This document shows positions 39,390-42,727 of a DNA stretch of 42,727 bases, piece by piece. The notes under the pieces were generated by a model, which was not told the DNA's origin, searched no databases, and was given only the letters and a program-made list of their open reading frames with translations. The translations under genes were made by a program, and so were the position numbers. Origin of the DNA: a virus; the IMG/VR virus record IMGVR_UViG_3300005288_000008, positions 1-42,727 of that record; one strand, written 5' to 3'. The first letter of the stretch is position 1. Every line of letters begins with the position of its first letter.

Positions 39390-40045
39390 TGACTATTTCC
39401 CGCGAAGAATTCATGGGCACAACCATGGCCAAGAGCGACCAGATCAACGCGGCAGACCTGTTGGGTGGCCCGCTGGTCTGCCAGATAACTGATATCCAGA
39501 TGACCGGGTCGACAGATCAGCCAATCAGCATTTTCGTTGACTCTCATCCGCAGCCATGGAAGCCGAGCAAGACATCTCGCCGCGTGCTGGCGGCGTGCTG
39601 GTCAGATGTCGAACCATCTGAATGGGTTGGTCGTTACGTCGTGCTGTACAACGACCCGACGGTCATGTGGGCCGGCAAGGCTGAAGGCGGTATTCGGACC
39701 AGCCACATGAGCCACATCGACGGCAAGAAAACGATCATGACCAACGCGACTCGCGGCAAGAAGTCCGCGCAGACGGTTGAGCCGTATTATCCGGACAGCT
39801 CTCAGGCTCCAGCGGCGGCGCCAATCTTCTGGCCCGACGAAGCATTCGCTAAGCGCCTGGCAGCAGCTCAACCAAAGATCGATTCCGGCGAGCTGACCGC
39901 CGAAGCCTTCATCGCCACGTTAGAGAAGAAGGCGCCGATGACTGCTGGTCAGAAGGCGCGGGTTAAGCCGACTCCTGAGCCGGTTGCTGATGATCTGGAT
40001 CCGCCGCAGATGGATGATGGCGATCCATTCGGCATGGATGAGTAA
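39389..40045 (+). CDS. Hypothetical protein coupled to the exonuclease (218 aa)
   Basis: ORF track. ATG overlaps the exonuclease TAA. No motif recognised. Acidic C-terminal tail DDLDPPQMDDGDPFGMDE. Confidence 0.5.
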   Translation: MTISREEFMGTTMAKSDQINAADLLGGPLVCQITDIQMTGSTDQPISIFVDSHPQPWKPSKTSRRVLAACWSDVEPSEWVGRYVVLYNDPTVMWAGKAEGGIRTSHMSHIDGKKTIMTNATRGKKSAQTVEPYYPDSSQAPAAAPIFWPDEAFAKRLAAAQPKIDSGELTAEAFIATLEKKAPMTAGQKARVKPTPEPVADDLDPPQMDDGDPFGMDE

Positions 40046-40052
40046 CCCAACC

Positions 40053-40077
40053 AGCCCGCCTTCGTGCGGGCTTTTTG
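40053..40077 (+). terminator. Intrinsic terminator AGCCCGC-CTTCGT-GCGGGCT-TTTTG
   Basis: Read directly, 8 nt after the stop at 40045 and 11 nt before promoter cassette P8. Confidence 0.7.
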
Positions 40078-40087
40078 TTATCTGGTG

Positions 40088-40116
40088 TTGACATAGTTAT
40101 TATGCAGATCTATAGT
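40088..40116 (+). promoter_or_regulatory. Promoter cassette P8: TTGACA-TAGTTATTATGCAGATC-TATAGT
   Basis: -35 at 40088-40093 and -10 at 40111-40116, 17-bp spacer. The GACAGGAGC leader follows. Confidence 0.7.
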
Positions 40117-40144
40117 CAGTCCACACCTAGACAGGAGCAAACCC

Positions 40145-40501
40145 ATGCCACTCTTAACCGCCGCAATCATCGTCTGCGGAGCGCTGCCAGCCGCTAACTC
40201 GCCGCTTGTCTGTCGCGCCCAGGTCTACCACGGTATTGAAGGCAAGCAACAAGAATGCTCGGTCGCCGCCATCCGTAAAGCGCGCTCGACCGAGGCGTCA
40301 TTCGTCAAGGTGGGTGCACTGGTTCGCACTCGATCTCACGCCGAATGCTTCTACGCCGACGACGAAGGATCCGTGATTTTCTACCTGCCAGAGTTCATGG
40401 CGGTTCAGCTCGGCGCCGACAGTTCAACGGTTTTCGAATACGATGTTGTTGATGGTGCGCCGGTTATGCGTGCGCCTGATGCGTTTGCCAAGGAGCTTTG
40501 A
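40145..40501 (+). CDS. Hypothetical protein (118 aa) with hydrophobic signal-like N-terminus
   Basis: ORF track. MPLLTAAIIVCGALPAANSPLVC... Confidence 0.5.
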   Translation: MPLLTAAIIVCGALPAANSPLVCRAQVYHGIEGKQQECSVAAIRKARSTEASFVKVGALVRTRSHAECFYADDEGSVIFYLPEFMAVQLGADSSTVFEYDVVDGAPVMRAPDAFAKEL

Positions 40502-40502
40502 T

Positions 40503-40688
40503 ATGGCGATCACAGAAGTACTACGCGAACACGAAGATGGCACCGGATTCACGCTGACTACTAAAGACGCCCGCTCGGCGTTCTCGATGGCTGAGAAGAT
40601 GGCCTTCAGCGGCAAGAAGTATTCGATCAAGCTGGGCAAGCAGCCTGGTGAGGATTGGGTTTTGGTTGTTGATGAGGTGGCGGAATGA
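40503..40688 (+). CDS. Hypothetical protein (61 aa from ATG 40503)
   Basis: ORF-track frame 40443-40688. ATG lies 1 nt after the upstream stop. Confidence 0.45.
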   Translation: MAITEVLREHEDGTGFTLTTKDARSAFSMAEKMAFSGKKYSIKLGKQPGEDWVLVVDEVAE

Positions 40689-40927
40689 ACGGGTCAGCAA
40701 TATATCTGGTCAACCACAAAACTCGCATGCGCCAGATTCTCAGCGGGCCGCAGAATGGAGAGGATCATCTTGCCAATATCAAGCAGGCCGCCAAGGATGG
40801 ATTTGTCGAAGTTACTGCTGATGAGCAGGATGCTTTCGGCGAACAGACTCAGATGCTGATCAAGGCGGGCTGGAACAAGAGTCCGCGAACCCTGAAGAAT
40901 TACGCTCATTTACTGGTGAAACCATGA
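40685..40927 (+). CDS. Hypothetical protein (80 aa)
   Basis: ORF track. ATGA overlap with the upstream gene. Confidence 0.5.
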   Translation: MNGSAIYLVNHKTRMRQILSGPQNGEDHLANIKQAAKDGFVEVTADEQDAFGEQTQMLIKAGWNKSPRTLKNYAHLLVKP

Positions 40928-41079
40928 AAAACAAACTCCACCGAGATCTTCCATGGAAGCCTACTTGCTGGTTTGGCGGAAAACTGGCAATTCACCTGTC
41001 ACGCCTTGAAGATGACAGCGTTGAGAAGTACGCGGCGGTTAAAGCGACTTCGGCCATCATGCGAGCGATGCGGAAATGA
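40924..41079 (+). CDS. Small hypothetical protein (51 aa)
   Basis: Manual translation MKNKLHRDLPWKPTCWFGGKLAIHLSRLEDDSVEKYAAVKATSAIMRAMRK. ATGA overlaps at both ends. Confidence 0.4.
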   Translation: MKNKLHRDLPWKPTCWFGGKLAIHLSRLEDDSVEKYAAVKATSAIMRAMRK

Positions 41080-41240
41080 ACAATGCGAAGTACTGGTGGT
41101 TCCGCATATTCGGCTACGGTTTGCATTTCCGCTGGACTAAGGACGGCTACACCCCGCTATTCAGCGAGCGTAACGGGCATATCAAAGTTCTGAAGATCGG
41201 CAGACTATGGATAAAATTCCTTCGACCTCAGAAATTTTGA
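41076..41240 (+). CDS. Small hypothetical protein (54 aa)
   Basis: Manual translation MNNAKYWWFRIFGYGLHFRWTKDGYTPLFSERNGHIKVLKIGRLWIKFLRPQKF. Last plus-strand ORF. Confidence 0.4.
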   Translation: MNNAKYWWFRIFGYGLHFRWTKDGYTPLFSERNGHIKVLKIGRLWIKFLRPQKF

Positions 41241-41243
41241 CCT

Positions 41244-41834
41244 TCACTTATCCTGCTTCGTCACCGTCCCAGGCTGCGTGGCGAAGTCGGTAACAATCGC
41301 GTTCTGCTTCTGCGATTCCTTGGTCATGCCGAACCAGAACCCCATGACTTCCTTGGTCATGCCCAGCCACAGGCCAAGCACGGTGCCGACAGTCAGCGCC
41401 GCAGTCGGATCCTTGATCACCTCATTGGCCCAGCCGATCAGCACAGCCACAACCACGAACAGAGAGCCGCCCAGCATGATGAAGGTCAACGCTGGACGCA
41501 CGATGTCGTTTGGCTGTTTCGCTGCCAACTGCCGCGCACTGTCACGATCTGCCGCCTCTGCCGCATATTGTGCGCCGGCAGCCTGAAGGCGAACTGTTTC
41601 AGCCTGAACGGCCAGCTTCTCCAGCTCGACACGCGCAGTCAGTTGCAACTCTTGTACGCGAACCATGGCGTCAGGATTACCAGAAAGCGCCTTGTTGACC
41701 GCATCCGGATCATTTGGCACATTAAGCGCGCTCGCAACCAAAGCTCCTACAGCGGCGCCAGCGGGGCCGCCAAGCAGAGTTCCAACGATTGGCGCGGCTC
41801 GCCCAACTATTCCGCCGATGTCTGACCAGTTCAT
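41244..41834 (-). CDS. 3TM-holin-family-like membrane protein (196 aa), last gene of lysis cluster
   Basis: ORF track. Gly/Ala-rich N-terminus, then a coiled-coil, then IVRPALTFIMLGGSLFVVVAVLIGW plus further hydrophobic segments. Resembles the GTA-type 3TM holin layout. 4-nt overlap with the endolysin gene. Confidence 0.5.
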   Translation of the reverse strand: MNWSDIGGIVGRAAPIVGTLLGGPAGAAVGALVASALNVPNDPDAVNKALSGNPDAMVRVQELQLTARVELEKLAVQAETVRLQAAGAQYAAEAADRDSARQLAAKQPNDIVRPALTFIMLGGSLFVVVAVLIGWANEVIKDPTAALTVGTVLGLWLGMTKEVMGFWFGMTKESQKQNAIVTDFATQPGTVTKQDK

Positions 41835-42301
41835 TCGTCATGCTCCAGGTTGTCTGCGATTCGGCGAGCCCATCCTTTTCCGAAGGTTGGCCAGGTCGAC
41901 AGGTCGGTCATGAATCGCAAGCGGATTGCGCTGTATTTGGCTGGCGTAACCAGCGATGCAGCCGACAGGGTTCGCGGCCCAATGATGCCGTCCTCTGCCA
42001 CTCCAGCAGCGCGCTGCAACCACTTGATGGCTTGAGCTGGCCCGCTATTCACGGCCGCATCAAATACGTGGAATCGCAGGGCTTCTGGTAGCTGGTCGGC
42101 CTTGATCGGCTTCCAGTAATCCGCCTCGTAAATGCCAATGGCCATCGACAGTGGGAAGTTGCGCATGTCGCCTTGGAAGCCATGCGCCCGCGCTACTCGC
42201 TGAGTGATGCCGTAATTGGTGGCGCCGCCAGGATCTTTGGGGTGATCGACGTAACCGCCCTCATTTCCCAGGAGTCGTTTGAGCGATTGCGTCAAGTTCA
42301 T
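41831..42301 (-). CDS. Endolysin: glycoside hydrolase family 108 domain + PG_binding_3 domain (156 aa)
   Basis: ORF track. NEGGYVDHPKDPGGATNYGITQ is the GH108 signature. The C-terminus ...DGIIGPRTL...FGKGWARRI fits the associated peptidoglycan-binding domain. Confidence 0.85.
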   Translation of the reverse strand: MNLTQSLKRLLGNEGGYVDHPKDPGGATNYGITQRVARAHGFQGDMRNFPLSMAIGIYEADYWKPIKADQLPEALRFHVFDAAVNSGPAQAIKWLQRAAGVAEDGIIGPRTLSAASLVTPAKYSAIRLRFMTDLSTWPTFGKGWARRIADNLEHDE

Positions 42302-42636
42302 TTGGCATCACCATTCTGAAAATAGAACATCTTCGACACGTTGCCCTGCGCCCTGCTGAGCAGCACGAACAGAATGGCAAAGGTCAGCGTATTGTAGAAT
42401 GACACGACAGGCCAATTGCCGTACATGAGCACGCGACCAACGATACTTAGCCACTGCTGGGCGCAGAGAGAGGCCAAGCCAAATGCGCATGCGCTGGGCA
42501 ATAATCGATATGTGGCATCACCACGACGAAACTTGAAAGCGATCTGGTAGGCGCATCCACCACAGAACATGGCCTGCATGGTGGCGACAATAGGCACCCA
42601 GTAAAAGTCGATTATCCACACTATTCCGCCGATCAT
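42298..42636 (-). CDS. Membrane protein (112 aa, 3-4 hydrophobic segments), lysis cluster
   Basis: ORF track. MIGGIVWIIDFYWVPIVATMQAMFCGGCAY... ATGA overlaps with the wrap-around holin-like gene upstream and the endolysin downstream. Confidence 0.5.
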   Translation of the reverse strand: MIGGIVWIIDFYWVPIVATMQAMFCGGCAYQIAFKFRRGDATYRLLPSACAFGLASLCAQQWLSIVGRVLMYGNWPVVSFYNTLTFAILFVLLSRAQGNVSKMFYFQNGDAK

Positions 42637-42727
42637 TCAGTTTTTCCTTTCCCGAAGAACCGGCCAAAAATGGTTTTAAGCCATTCAGGCCACGTCCCAG
42701 TTTGAAAGGCCTCAACAACGCTGATGC
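42633..42727 (-). CDS. 3' end (last 31 codons + TGA) of the wrap-around holin-like gene listed at 1-379
   Basis: Same frame as the left-end copy. ...EAFQTGTWPEWLKTIFGRFFGKGKTE-stop, TGA at 42633-42635. Confidence 0.55.
   Translation of the reverse strand, partial: ISVVEAFQTGTWPEWLKTIFGRFFGKGKTE
42638..42727. repeat. Right copy of exact 90-bp end duplication (identical to 1-90)
   Basis: Direct comparison of the two window ends. Confidence 0.9.

Noticed and set aside
42518-42718. 66-aa minus-strand ORF crossing into the terminal duplication
   Set aside because: It is out of frame with both the wrap-around holin-like gene and the 42298-42636 membrane protein, which together account for the region with an ATGA junction.

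Overview
The window reads as one complete, self-closing genome: 42,637 bp unique, with bases 1-90 recurring exactly at 42638-42727. It is a contractile-tailed dsDNA phage of a Gram-negative host. A Pseudomonas-like host is only an inference from GC/codon style and an Rmf/CrpP-like gene. Layout: (i) A minus-strand morphogenesis arm runs 24218 -> 1 and continues through the junction to 41244. In order it carries terS, terL, portal, a Mu F-like head protein, a three-gene insert ending in a signal-peptide collagen-like protein, a promoter/micro-ORF/terminator island, protease-scaffold, capsid, connectors, sheath, tube, chaperone (probable -1 frameshift), tape measure, baseplate, fibre and fibre chaperone. 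The baseplate module is interrupted by a four-gene promoter-bearing cassette at 5907-7703. The arm ends in a lysis cluster: a GH108 endolysin flanked by four membrane proteins, with no recognisable spanin. (ii) A 1.3-kb control region (24219-25537) holds a bidirectional terminator, about 0.5 kb of non-coding DNA, tRNA-Asp(GTC), an aberrant tRNA-like element, promoters, and a 12-copy GAGTCT iteron array around an AT-rich core. (iii) A plus-strand early/replication arm (25538-41240) carries a DUF3987-like initiator/helicase candidate, many small and Cys-rich ORFs, a compact C5-methyltransferase-like protein, a ParB-like protein, an SF2 helicase, DUF4031, VRR-NUC and a PD-(D/E)XK exonuclease. It is interrupted by a minus-strand regulator + DnaG-type primase island (32549-33840). 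No integrase, S24 repressor, DNA polymerase or RNA polymerase gene was recognised. The most unusual signals are: an 8-member family of near-identical promoter cassettes TTGACATAGTTATTAT, often fused to the upstream stop codon; a face-to-face overlapping promoter pair at the regulator gene; the iteron array; the secreted collagen-like protein; and the accessory cassette inside the baseplate module. All functional calls rest on motif recognition by eye and synteny. No database search was possible.
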